Source: a virus (Duplodnaviria; Caudoviricetes). From it: a stretch of DNA of 55,952 nt. Below, piece by piece: positions 9,707 through 18,212 of this stretch. Location: positions 1-55,952 of IMG/VR virus record IMGVR_UViG_3300042987_001910; one strand, written 5' to 3'. The position numbers and the translations under genes were made by a program. Every line of letters begins with the position of its first letter. Position 1 is the first letter of the stretch. The notes under the pieces are model-generated. The model made no database searches, was not told the DNA's origin, and worked only from the letters and a program-made list of their open reading frames with translations.

Positions 9707-9844
9707 CTATTTCTTCTTCATGCACTTGCCCGCCATCTTGCACTTGGCGGGAGCGGGACAACCGGCGCACGGCTTGAACACGGCACCGCCGTTCTTAAAG
9801 CCCTGAGGCATCGGCTTGCCCTTGGATTTCATCTTGCCCTTCAC
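9707..9844 (-). CDS. 45-aa basic protein MKGKMKSKGKPMPQGFKNGGAVFKPCAGCPAPAKCKMAGKCMKKK
   Basis: Below ORF-track cutoff; GGAG RBS, GTG start, four Cys, FKNGG motif, shares MKGKMK start with next gene. Confidence 0.7.
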   Translation of the reverse strand: MKGKMKSKGKPMPQGFKNGGAVFKPCAGCPAPAKCKMAGKCMKKK

Positions 9845-9847
9845 GGA

Positions 9848-11875
9848 TCACGCTCCTTCCATTGGTTGCTGGGGTGCTGCTTGCTGCATATCCGCTCCAC
9901 CGGCGGGGTTCCCCGCGGCGTCCAGCGTCTGCGGCTGTTGCGGCTGCATTTGCATCTGCATTTGCATTGCAGCTTGCTGGATCATCGCCTGCTTCTCCTG
10001 CTCATGCTTCATAGCTTCAGGCGTTGGAACAATCTTGTCGGTGTCCATCTGCAGCGAGGCAGCGACTTCGCGCAACAGGTAGGCACGACCGTCGGCACCG
10101 ATGATCTGGAGGTCGACCGGATTGGCAGTCGCGGCAAGGAACTCGTTGCGGCGAATCTGCAACTGCTCGCGGGCAAGGAGACCCATCGCGCCCTTGGCGA
10201 CGATGTTGAAGTCGCCCTTCACGAAAGGGTCGTCGTGATACATCATGTTGTGAACGTAGAAGCGGTGGACGACTCCAGACACGACCTTGTCGATGGAGGC
10301 GATCGCCGCCTTGATCCCCTTTGCCGCGTTGTCCATGAGCATGGACAGACCGGAGGCAGTTCGCCCGGCTCCGGATACAGTGGCTGACCCATATACATAA
10401 TTTGGTATACCGGTTACCTCATCCGCCTGCCGCGCGAACTGTTGGTACACGCCCATCAGTTCCGCAGCCTTCATGTCTGGGACGAAGAAGCGGATGCCGG
10501 CCTGACCGCCGCCCGTGCGATCGGAGGTTGTCTGCCAGATCTTCCACGGGTACATCTGGGTGAGGTCTTCTCCCTCCGCCAGACGGTCGACGTTCACCTC
10601 GACCTGCGGGCCGGAGGCAATCGCCATGTTATTCGCGAGCGCCCGAGCCGCGCCGTTGCAGAGGATCTGCACGTCGCGCATGATCTCCGGCAGCGCCGTA
10701 CCCCAGAACGAGCCGGGGATGTTCTCCCACGACGTGATCTCGTACGGACGGCGACCGAGGGGGTCTGGGTTGATAACGCACTTAATGACGTGGTTCCCGA
10801 CCATCCAAGCGTTGACTTCGTACTCGTCGAGAGGGTCGACATCGTCCATGCCCCACTCGATCAACATCTGCCCGGAAGCCGGACCCCAGAACTCGATGGC
10901 CTCTATGAGGTTGCCCTGCTCAATCTCAGCGTGTGGCTTGCCTTCCAGATCGTCGCGTTGCTCGTCGCCCTGCACCCACGACTTAAGGCCACCGCGACCG
11001 TACGCCTCAAGGGCTCCGGCGATCTCGTTGTCAGAGTAGCCCGGCACGCCCATGAAGGACTTCAGCTGCTCCCGGTTGAGACGGTGGCGCTGAATGAGGT
11101 AGTTGTCATCCACTGAGCCCGAGTTGGGGGCGGGGTAGATGTCGTACGGGGAAACGCGCTCTACTTCGCGGTTGAAGTCGGAGACCACGATGGGCACGAA
11201 CTCAGGCCCCCACTCCAGCCGCTTCTTCTTCCTGACCGTCGGACCCTTGAGGATAGCCGTCGGGTAGGTGACGAAGTCGGAGATGAAATCGTTAAACGCC
11301 TTCTCCCAGCTACCCTTGTGCAGCTGGTCTTCGATGAGGTTGCCCATGCGACGGGCACGCTCCTTCGCCTCTTCCTTGACCTTGAGCAGCAGCTGGTCGT
11401 GGACTTCCGACAGGCGCATAGAAAAGGTGTCCGGGTGGAGCCTTGCTCCCATCGCCAGAAACTCCTGCGCCTCTGCCTGCACCAGACGGACGATGTCCAT
11501 CTTAACTTCAGGCGGGATGATCGGCTGTTCGGTGGGAACGAGGTCGAACGGGCGCTCACGCATATTAATGAGCACGTCCTTGATCCACGACTCCGCCGCC
11601 CGACACTTGATGTCGGTGAGCATCATGTAGATATCAGACCCGCCCGTCTTGGCAATCTCCAGCGCGCGGTCTGGATCGTACACACCACGACGCTGGCGCT
11701 CGCACTTCAGAAGCCGTTCGGTGAGTTCGGTCTTCGCGAACTTGGCTCGATTCCAGCAGTCGCTGATGTGACCGGCGATGGCACTACCAAAGCGGGCGTT
11801 CTCCTCGCCGTATTGTTCGGCGCGAATATCTACTTCCGCTGGCGGCACTGCCCTTACGACGTTCACTAAGTCCAC
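9848..11875 (-). CDS. Portal protein
   Basis: 675 aa directly after terminase; VSPYDIYP, NNMAIASGPQV, GRTASGLSMLM, Gln-rich C-terminus. Confidence 0.9.
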   Translation of the reverse strand: MDLVNVVRAVPPAEVDIRAEQYGEENARFGSAIAGHISDCWNRAKFAKTELTERLLKCERQRRGVYDPDRALEIAKTGGSDIYMMLTDIKCRAAESWIKDVLINMRERPFDLVPTEQPIIPPEVKMDIVRLVQAEAQEFLAMGARLHPDTFSMRLSEVHDQLLLKVKEEAKERARRMGNLIEDQLHKGSWEKAFNDFISDFVTYPTAILKGPTVRKKKRLEWGPEFVPIVVSDFNREVERVSPYDIYPAPNSGSVDDNYLIQRHRLNREQLKSFMGVPGYSDNEIAGALEAYGRGGLKSWVQGDEQRDDLEGKPHAEIEQGNLIEAIEFWGPASGQMLIEWGMDDVDPLDEYEVNAWMVGNHVIKCVINPDPLGRRPYEITSWENIPGSFWGTALPEIMRDVQILCNGAARALANNMAIASGPQVEVNVDRLAEGEDLTQMYPWKIWQTTSDRTGGGQAGIRFFVPDMKAAELMGVYQQFARQADEVTGIPNYVYGSATVSGAGRTASGLSMLMDNAAKGIKAAIASIDKVVSGVVHRFYVHNMMYHDDPFVKGDFNIVAKGAMGLLAREQLQIRRNEFLAATANPVDLQIIGADGRAYLLREVAASLQMDTDKIVPTPEAMKHEQEKQAMIQQAAMQMQMQMQPQQPQTLDAAGNPAGGADMQQAAPQQPMEGA

Positions 11876-13302
11876 CCTTTCGCGTTGGTCTTTTTAAGCG
11901 CCTTTGCCCTTACGGGCTGGACGGTTGTTCTCACGCGCAAGCAAGCGTATTGCAGCGCGTCATGGATGTGGCTGAAGCGGTCTTTTACCGGACGTTCGCG
12001 GTAGATCTCACCCGAAACCTTCAAGCGTTCGTAGCGGTAGCCACCGATGAATCCTTTGCGCAGCGTTTTGCAGTTGGCATCTATCAAGAAGCCCGGCTCT
12101 CCCCCAGCCATGCGGTTGAGGAAGAACGCGACAGATTCCCTGCGCGGAATAAAGTCGTTGGTGTTCGCCGGCTCGGTCGGCAGCCCGACCTCCAGCAGTT
12201 CTTGAAAGCAGGTGCGCTCGTCGGTCTGCGCCCGGTTCATGCCTGCCGGGTCACCGCAGCTTTCGATCCGGTGCTTGGCGTACTTGTTGAGGATCACCGG
12301 CTTCACGACATCGGTCGCGAACTGGCGGATCCCCATGTCCTCGGCGACCAACTCTTCGAGGACGATGAACTGTCCGCGGGGCGTCATCTGGCAGATGGCG
12401 ACCGCAGGGGTAAGCCCGAAGTCCCAGCCCAGAATGATCGGCAGCCCGAGGATCGGTTTCAGATCCTTCTCGGCGACGTGGATGCGGTCGTTGTACTCCG
12501 GGTAGACCGGCTTACCGTCCGCCGTCGTCCCGTAGTCGCCCATAAGAAAGACGGAGATCCAATCGTCCGTCTTCCCGCCCAACTGCCGGAGGTAGTACTC
12601 GTAGCCCCCGGTGAGGTTGGAGATGTTCTCCGCGTCCGGGTGGGGCTTGTACTGCCCGTCCTCGCGGTAGAGACCTCCCGCCTGCCGGTAGAACTCCCAG
12701 CCGTCCGGGGTCTCTTCCTCCGCGAACTTGTAGTACCAGTGTTCGTCGTCTGGTGGGTTTGTATCCAGCAAGATACAAGGGTAGCTAGGGCCGCCCTTGG
12801 TCTTGGGCGGGAACCGTCCCACCCGCTGGGTCACCATGTCGAAGATCTCTTTCGGAACCTCCGAGCACTCGTTGATCCACGCGCCGGTGAGTTCGAGAGA
12901 CCTCAGCTTTCCGGTCTCCTGCGCCTTATCCAAGGCGAGGAAGATTACTTCGAGGTCGAGGCTGGTTCCGTCGCCGATGTCCTTGACCTTGAACCGGGCG
13001 GTAATCGGAGCGTCCCACTTGATGGGACACAGACTCTCCGGCACCCAGTTCTGCCACGTCTTGATCGTCGTGGACTTCAACTCAGGGTAGGTGTTCCGGA
13101 TAACGGCCCACCGCGACTCCCTGACCCCATTGAAGGGCTTCTGCTTCAGCGCCTGCGCGACGATCTCCATCACGCAGGTGGAGGACTTGCCGGAGCCGAC
13201 CGGCCCCATCAGCCCCTTCACGAACGCCTTGCTCTGGTGGAATCGAGCCGCCTGTTCCCCCGGCGGTTTGTACTCGATCCGGTCTCCCCCTCCCCCGTCC
13301 AT
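11866..13302 (-). CDS. terL: Terminase large subunit
   Basis: Walker A GPVGSGKS, RNTYPEL, Walker B GAWINE, DTNPP, nuclease GWDFG and HIHDALQY. Confidence 0.95.
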   Translation of the reverse strand: MDGGGGDRIEYKPPGEQAARFHQSKAFVKGLMGPVGSGKSSTCVMEIVAQALKQKPFNGVRESRWAVIRNTYPELKSTTIKTWQNWVPESLCPIKWDAPITARFKVKDIGDGTSLDLEVIFLALDKAQETGKLRSLELTGAWINECSEVPKEIFDMVTQRVGRFPPKTKGGPSYPCILLDTNPPDDEHWYYKFAEEETPDGWEFYRQAGGLYREDGQYKPHPDAENISNLTGGYEYYLRQLGGKTDDWISVFLMGDYGTTADGKPVYPEYNDRIHVAEKDLKPILGLPIILGWDFGLTPAVAICQMTPRGQFIVLEELVAEDMGIRQFATDVVKPVILNKYAKHRIESCGDPAGMNRAQTDERTCFQELLEVGLPTEPANTNDFIPRRESVAFFLNRMAGGEPGFLIDANCKTLRKGFIGGYRYERLKVSGEIYRERPVKDRFSHIHDALQYACLRVRTTVQPVRAKALKKTNAKGWT

Positions 13303-13303
13303 C

Positions 13304-13621
13304 CTATTTCTCGTGGTCCGTCTTGATAATGAAGGTCATGTTCGAGACCTCCACGTCGTGCTTCACCGCAGCGACGTTCGGGACGACCTTGTTCAGCGCC
13401 AGCTCGATAGCCTTCAGCTTGGTGCCGTTGACCTTCGGGGTGTTCTTGACGATCTTCTTTTTACCGTCCTTGCCAACGACTTCCTGCTCAACACCGCGAT
13501 CGAAGATGTAGTTCTGAAGCAAATGCAGGAGACCCTTCGTGTCGATGATCTCTTGGGCTGCTTCAGCCGCAGCCTTGCGCCGCTTCTCGCGGTACTGTTC
13601 GATAGCCTTGTCGTCTGTCAT
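13304..13621 (-). CDS. Probable terminase small subunit
   Basis: Directly upstream of terL; KLKAIELALNKVVP motif; start at MTDDKA chosen over the longer ORF. Confidence 0.55.
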   Translation of the reverse strand: MTDDKAIEQYREKRRKAAAEAAQEIIDTKGLLHLLQNYIFDRGVEQEVVGKDGKKKIVKNTPKVNGTKLKAIELALNKVVPNVAAVKHDVEVSNMTFIIKTDHEK

Positions 13622-13688
13622 GTATATAGGGGGCGGCAACTCCCGGTGGGAGGGGGACCAGAGAGGGCTCTGGACCGAGAGCGCCGCC

Positions 13689-14294
13689 TTATTTGTAGTC
13701 CTTGCCCTGACCGCGCTTGACGCTGTCGCGAAGGAATGGATTGGCCTGCTTGTAAGCCTCGGAAGCTTTGCGCTGGGCGGGGGTCTCCACGACCTCGCGA
13801 CCCATGAACTTGCGCGGCTCCGGCTTTGGCTCATCGCGCTTGGCGGTGACCGTCACCTTGTCCAGCTTGGCGGGGGGTTGGGCGGCGGGCTTGGCCTTCG
13901 CCAGCTCAGTCCCGTACAGCTTGCCGTTCCACTCGAAGGTCTTGTTGCCGGCCTTGCGGTTCTCGGCAAAGGCTTGGCTAAAGGACTTGGGGGCGGACTT
14001 GACCTCGCGGATGGTAGACAGTTCGCGGTCGGCTTCCGCACTCAGCCGCTCCATCTCCCGCTGGCGGTCGGCGGTTTCGGCTTGGTCTCTGGCGTAGCGT
14101 TCCTCGTTGTTCCGGATCTCGTCGGCACGCCCGTATTCGTAGGTGTCGACGATGGGCTCGCGCTCAACGGTGGAGTTATCGCGAACCGCTTCGCGCTCTT
14201 CGGCAGTCACTCCGCCGGGAGAACCGTCCGCAAACTTGCGGACCGCGGGAGTCTTCTTGAAGTTCTGGTTGTTCCAGTCCGGGCGATGTCCCAT
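13689..14294 (-). CDS. Late protein with MGHRPDWN..FADG.PGG N-terminus and SFSQAF...KTFEWNGKLYGT motif
   Basis: ORF track; N-terminus paralogous to upstream gene. Confidence 0.7.
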   Translation of the reverse strand: MGHRPDWNNQNFKKTPAVRKFADGSPGGVTAEEREAVRDNSTVEREPIVDTYEYGRADEIRNNEERYARDQAETADRQREMERLSAEADRELSTIREVKSAPKSFSQAFAENRKAGNKTFEWNGKLYGTELAKAKPAAQPPAKLDKVTVTAKRDEPKPEPRKFMGREVVETPAQRKASEAYKQANPFLRDSVKRGQGKDYK

Positions 14295-14650
14295 TACCGC
14301 TTACCTTTCTTTTTAACGTAGCCGCCGTCCTTCATCCCCACCTCGGCGAGGATCTTCCGGGTGTACCGCTGGTCTTCGCGGTAACCCTCCGGGGCGTCGA
14401 ACTTGTCGGGGTTGAGTTCAAAGTTCCCAGCCGCCATCGGCGAGGAGGAGGGGACGCGCTTGTCTTTCTTCTCCCCGCCCGGCACAGCCTCACGGGAAGC
14501 CTCCTGCGCCTGCCGTTCCGCTTCCGTCACCTTGGTTGCTTCGGAGTAAGGGATCGGGGCTTGGATATCCACGCCACCGGGGGTGCCGTCCGCGAATGCG
14601 AGAACGGTCTTCTTGAAGTCTTGATCGTTCCAGTCGGGGCGATGACCCAC
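14294..14650 (-). CDS. First late-operon protein with MGHRPDWN..FADG.PGG N-terminus and MKDGG C-terminal motif
   Basis: GGAGG RBS, GTG start; N-terminus paralogous to downstream gene. Confidence 0.7.
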   Translation of the reverse strand: MGHRPDWNDQDFKKTVLAFADGTPGGVDIQAPIPYSEATKVTEAERQAQEASREAVPGGEKKDKRVPSSSPMAAGNFELNPDKFDAPEGYREDQRYTRKILAEVGMKDGGYVKKKGKR

Positions 14651-14659
14651 GTTGACCTC

Positions 14660-14696
14660 CAGAAATAGAAAAGGCCGGGACGCAAAGCCCCAGCCT
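14660..14696 (-). terminator. Terminator-like hairpin in the late leader
   Basis: AGGCTGGGGC-TTTGC-GTCCCGGCCT (two G.U pairs) followed by TTTCTATTTCT, just upstream of the first late RBS. Confidence 0.5.
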
Positions 14697-14704
14697 GTAA
14701 GAGC

Positions 14705-14733
14705 TATATACAGACTGATCCGCTGTTTGTCGA
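14705..14733 (-). promoter_or_regulatory. Possible late promoter TCGACA-N17-TATATA
   Basis: Partial sigma70 match with 17-bp spacer; -10 lacks the final T. Confidence 0.3.
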
Positions 14734-15113
14734 GTTTTTGTCGATCTTTTTTTGTTTTGGCCCTATTTAGGACATTTGCTGCCCAAAAAATCCGGCCACG
14801 AAGCTAGCTTCGTCACCACTTTCGCGTCACGCAGCGCGCTAGATGGCGCGATTCCAGAAAAAAAGCAGCCGGAGTCCCAATAGCCCCCCGGCATAGGGCT
14901 GTTTTGGTCCGGTGAGGGTGCCTTAGAAGGGGTCGGCCGGGGGAGGTTTGAGTCGAAAAGGGCCGGCTGTCGGGGGAAGGGGTCGTGTTTGTGGTGGGGT
15001 GTGAGCCAGAGGCTCAGACGCCGGGGGGGTCGGCTCGTTTGTCCACCGCGGCACCCCGCCCCACCGCCCCACCGCCGCCTCCCAGACGGACAATCCGCAC
15101 GTCTCCCCTCTGC

Positions 15114-15126
15114 AATCAAGCACTTG
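15114..15126 (+). promoter_or_regulatory. IHF consensus site AATCAAGCACTTG
   Basis: Exact match to WATCAANNNNTTR in a noncoding region. Confidence 0.5.
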
Positions 15127-15260
15127 CGCTCCCTCTGTGTCGTGAATGTGGCGTAAGAGGGGCGGAAACGAGCGTTGCCAGAGGGGGCGATGCGCCATCC
15201 TGCCCGGTCACGGGGCGGAATTCGGGGTTTTTCGCCTCCGGTGCCCGTGTTGGCGCGTTC

Positions 15261-15273
15261 TATCAATCACTTA
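15261..15273 (+). promoter_or_regulatory. IHF consensus site TATCAATCACTTA
   Basis: Exact match to WATCAANNNNTTR. Confidence 0.5.
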
Positions 15274-15403
15274 CGCGCACCGACCCCCCTTTGTCTTCAT
15301 TTGTCGTCGTTTGTCGCTTGCCCCCCTGTTTCGACCCATTTCCGGAGAGTTTGGGTTGCCGACAGCAACCCGCTGTCCACATCCACCTATACGGGAGATC
15401 ACC

Positions 15404-15544
15404 ATGCGCCAGCTTTCCTTCCTCGCCTTCGACGTTACCGACGCTGCCATCGAGACCCTCTTCGCCGAGGACACGGTAGTGACCTATGACGACCTGATCG
15501 AGATGCAAGACAAGGCTCTGCGCCGTATGGCGTTCGCTGACTAA
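15404..15544 (+). CDS. 46-aa early protein MRQLSFLAFDVTD...
   Basis: GGGAG RBS; first gene after box 1. Confidence 0.65.
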   Translation: MRQLSFLAFDVTDAAIETLFAEDTVVTYDDLIEMQDKALRRMAFAD

Positions 15545-15609
15545 TCCGGCAGCGCCGGGGTCAACGGATTCCGGCGCGCCCCCTCAACCCTGACCAACGG
15601 AGACAAACC

Positions 15610-15894
15610 ATGAACAAAACCACCATTGACGCCAACATCCTGATCGCCCGTCTCGCCACCATTCGCGCCGGGCTCCGTCTCGAAGCTGTCGGCATGAAAA
15701 CGCGGGGCGGCGCTCTGCGCCCGCGGGTAGCGGCTGAATTCGGGCTCTCGAAGCGCGACCCGTTCCCCGTGTTCATCGCTCGGGCTACCGAGATGATCGA
15801 AGAGCTGCGCGGTGAATTCGCCCGCAGCTTGGAGGCGCGCGGCGTCTCGAAGACCGCCGCAATGATCGTGGCGAACGTCGAGGCGAATGGCTGA
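15610..15894 (+). CDS. Early hypothetical protein
   Basis: CAACGGAGACAAACC-ATG leader; 94 aa. Confidence 0.75.
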   Translation: MNKTTIDANILIARLATIRAGLRLEAVGMKTRGGALRPRVAAEFGLSKRDPFPVFIARATEMIEELRGEFARSLEARGVSKTAAMIVANVEANG

Positions 15895-15928
15895 CCCATT
15901 TCCGGAAGCTTCACTTCGTTCCCAACTC

Positions 15929-15954
15929 GCCGCCCTTCGGGGCGGCTTTTTTTT
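15929..15954 (+). terminator. Intrinsic terminator-like hairpin directly before an RBS
   Basis: GCCGCCC-TTCG-GGGCGGC-T8. Confidence 0.75.
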
Positions 15955-15964
15955 GGAGGCTCAC

Positions 15965-16723
15965 ATGGCACGTCCTACTGGCTTCATCCTGTATCGCGGT
16001 CCTTCCCTGATCGACGGGGCTCCCATCGTTGTGATCGCTCTCACGGGCAAGAGCAAGAACGTGAAGACCGGCGCTCTCATGCAGACCTACATCCTGCGGG
16101 CTGACATGGAGCCCCTTGCGGCAATCCGTGAGGGGTCGGATTCGTCGATTTGCGGCGCGTGCCCCCATCGTGGCGGTGAGGGTCGCAAGCGGTCGTGCTA
16201 CGTCAACGTCGGTCAAGGGGCGACGATGGTCTACCGCGCCTTCCTGCGGGGTCGCTACCCCGACATCTCGGGCGATGTCTCTGCCATTCGGGAGATCGGT
16301 TGGGGTCGCCGTGTGCGGCTCGGCACCTACGGCGATCCCGCAGCTGCGCCGGCGTTGGTGTGGCAGGCGCTCGTCGCCGACGCGGAGGGCAACACCGGGT
16401 ACACGCACCAAATCGCCAACGCGGCGCTCTCGATTGCGCAGCGGCACGCGATAGCGCAGCTGTGCATGGTCTCGGCTGACACGCCCGAGGATGCGCAGCG
16501 TGCCCGTGACTCGGGCTTCCGCTACTTCCGCATCCGTCTAGAGACAGAGGCGCTCGGTGAGCGCGAGTTCGTCTGCCCGGCATCGGCAGAGGGCGGCAAG
16601 CGGATGCTGTGCGCCGATTGCATGGCGTGCTCGGGCTCTAGCAAGGGCAAGTCGTCGCCCGTGATCATCGCTCACGGCTCCCTGAAGCGTAATTACCGCA
16701 CGTTCCGCTTGCAGGCTGTGTGA
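15965..16723 (+). CDS. Cys-rich phage protein, Gp88-like / radical-SAM-like
   Basis: SKNVKTG, ICGACPH...SCY, RLGTYGD, GYTHQ, CPAS...CADCMAC, IIAHG; GGAGG RBS. Confidence 0.65.
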   Translation: MARPTGFILYRGPSLIDGAPIVVIALTGKSKNVKTGALMQTYILRADMEPLAAIREGSDSSICGACPHRGGEGRKRSCYVNVGQGATMVYRAFLRGRYPDISGDVSAIREIGWGRRVRLGTYGDPAAAPALVWQALVADAEGNTGYTHQIANAALSIAQRHAIAQLCMVSADTPEDAQRARDSGFRYFRIRLETEALGEREFVCPASAEGGKRMLCADCMACSGSSKGKSSPVIIAHGSLKRNYRTFRLQAV

Positions 16724-16817
16724 TTCGGGCAGCGCCGGGATCGAGGGGTTCCGGCGCGACCCATTTCCGGAAGATTCACTTCGCAGCAACAAACCAACCA
16801 ACCAACGGAGACAAACC

Positions 16818-17081
16818 ATGAACGTCCAAGTCAAGTTTGAGAACAATGGGGAGCACTCGCCACACGCCATGCTCATTCGCGTAGCCGTGCGTTTTGCGAA
16901 CACCTTTGACGAATGCGCGGATGCGCGTCTGGACTACCTCGCGGAACTCTTTCGCGAGCTTCTGCCGACGGGGCTTGCGCCGGGGCGGGTGCCCCTGCCC
17001 AACGCGCTGATTTACCGGGGCGGGAACCACGTTGCCGTGTGCAGCGGGAACGACCGCATCGCCCTGATCACCGTCGAGTAG
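16818..17081 (+). CDS. Early hypothetical protein
   Basis: Repeated leader ACCAACGGAGACAAACC-ATG. Confidence 0.75.
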   Translation: MNVQVKFENNGEHSPHAMLIRVAVRFANTFDECADARLDYLAELFRELLPTGLAPGRVPLPNALIYRGGNHVAVCSGNDRIALITVE

Positions 17082-17167
17082 GCAAGCAGGGGTCGTCGGT
17101 TTCCGGCGACCCCTTTCCGGATGATTCAACTCGCAACAAGACAAACAACCAACCAACGGAGACAAAC

Positions 17168-17509
17168 ATGACAAACGCACAAGCGATCCTTCAGCAGGCG
17201 CAGCAGGCAGGCAACGCGGCATTCGAGGCAGAGGTTCCGCAACCCATGATCGTGACTGGCATGGGACAAACGCACGTCGTGGACGATGGCGTCTGCGGCT
17301 TCGCGTGGGTGAAGATCAAGGGCAACACCGCATTCGGGCGCTACTGCGCGAAGCAGGGCTACGCACGCAGGGCATACGGCGGCGGGCTTGCGTTCTATCC
17401 CGGTCATCTCTCGCAGTCCTACGACCGGAAGATGGCATGGGCTCGGGCGTTTGCTCGGGTACTGGAGTCGCACGGCATCAGCGCCTACGCGACTGGGCAT
17501 CTCGACTGA
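17168..17509 (+). CDS. Conserved phage protein with CGFAWV and SQSYDRK motifs
   Basis: Repeated leader; start MTNAQ; motifs typical of a widespread phage hypothetical family. Confidence 0.75.
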   Translation: MTNAQAILQQAQQAGNAAFEAEVPQPMIVTGMGQTHVVDDGVCGFAWVKIKGNTAFGRYCAKQGYARRAYGGGLAFYPGHLSQSYDRKMAWARAFARVLESHGISAYATGHLD

Positions 17510-17531
17510 CAACCAACCAACGGAGACAAGC

Positions 17532-17729
17532 ATGGACAAGCAGAACGACAAGCACGAAATCACCGCCTTTAACCGCGTCATCGACCGCCTCACCAAGCGC
17601 GAACGTGAGCTTGAGCAGGCGCTTGAGGTCGCCCTCGATTACATCGAGGAGTTGATGGGCAGCGACTTCGATGACGAGAGCGAGACCGTAAAGTTTTTGA
17701 AGGCGGCTCTCCATCGGAAGCGCAAGTAG
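17532..17729 (+). CDS. Early helical hypothetical protein (MDKQ...)
   Basis: Repeated leader ACCAACGGAGACAAGC-ATG. Confidence 0.75.
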   Translation: MDKQNDKHEITAFNRVIDRLTKRERELEQALEVALDYIEELMGSDFDDESETVKFLKAALHRKRK

Positions 17730-17808
17730 GCAGGCAGGGGTCGGGTCGTTGCGGCTCGACCCCTTTCCGGATCATTCAACTGGCAGCAACCAACAAACGG
17801 AGACAAAC

Positions 17809-18030
17809 ATGGACAAGCAGGTCATCAAGATCTACTACCGTTGGCACAACGACCCGACGACCGAGTGGGAGGGCACCGGGATCATCGCCGAGTACGACGA
17901 GGGCGCAGACCCCGACGACGGCGTGCTCTACCGCTTCGAGCCGGGAGAGCAGATCACCGGCGACAAGGGCGAGTTCACCGTCACCGCATGGGAACCCGCC
18001 CTCTTCGAGCACTACCCCTACGCAGACTAA
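17809..18030 (+). CDS. Early acidic hypothetical protein (MDKQ...)
   Basis: Repeated leader; same first 12 nt as previous gene. Confidence 0.75.
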   Translation: MDKQVIKIYYRWHNDPTTEWEGTGIIAEYDEGADPDDGVLYRFEPGEQITGDKGEFTVTAWEPALFEHYPYAD

Positions 18031-18051
18031 CCCGACAAACGGAGACAAACC

Positions 18052-18210
18052 ATGAAAGCGAAAGACCTCATCGCCGCGCTGCAAAACGTCTCGCCTGACT
18101 GCGATGTTTCGGTTTGGGTCAATGGCAATCGGCATTGGGCGGTTGGCACCGACGATTCATTCGTCGAGAGCGAAAACTTTTTCGAGATCAACATCAACAT
18201 TGGAGACTGA
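18052..18210 (+). CDS. 52-aa early protein MKAKDLIAALQNVSPDCDVSV...
   Basis: Below ORF cutoff; repeated leader ACGGAGACAAACC-ATG. Confidence 0.75.
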   Translation: MKAKDLIAALQNVSPDCDVSVWVNGNRHWAVGTDDSFVESENFFEININIGD

Positions 18211-18212
18211 CC

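Larger units (their letters stand above)
15552..17764 (+). repeat. Four related GC-rich hairpins after stop codons: 15552-15577, 16732-16757, 17088-17114, 17736-17764
   Basis: 11-13 bp stems preceded by GGCA-containing linkers; G.U/A-U exchanges between copies keep pairing. Confidence 0.8.

Noticed and set aside
14763-15508. ORF-track entries in the divergent region
   Set aside because: Overlapping low-complexity Pro/Arg/Gly translations on both strands without RBS; treated as noncoding apart from 15404-15544
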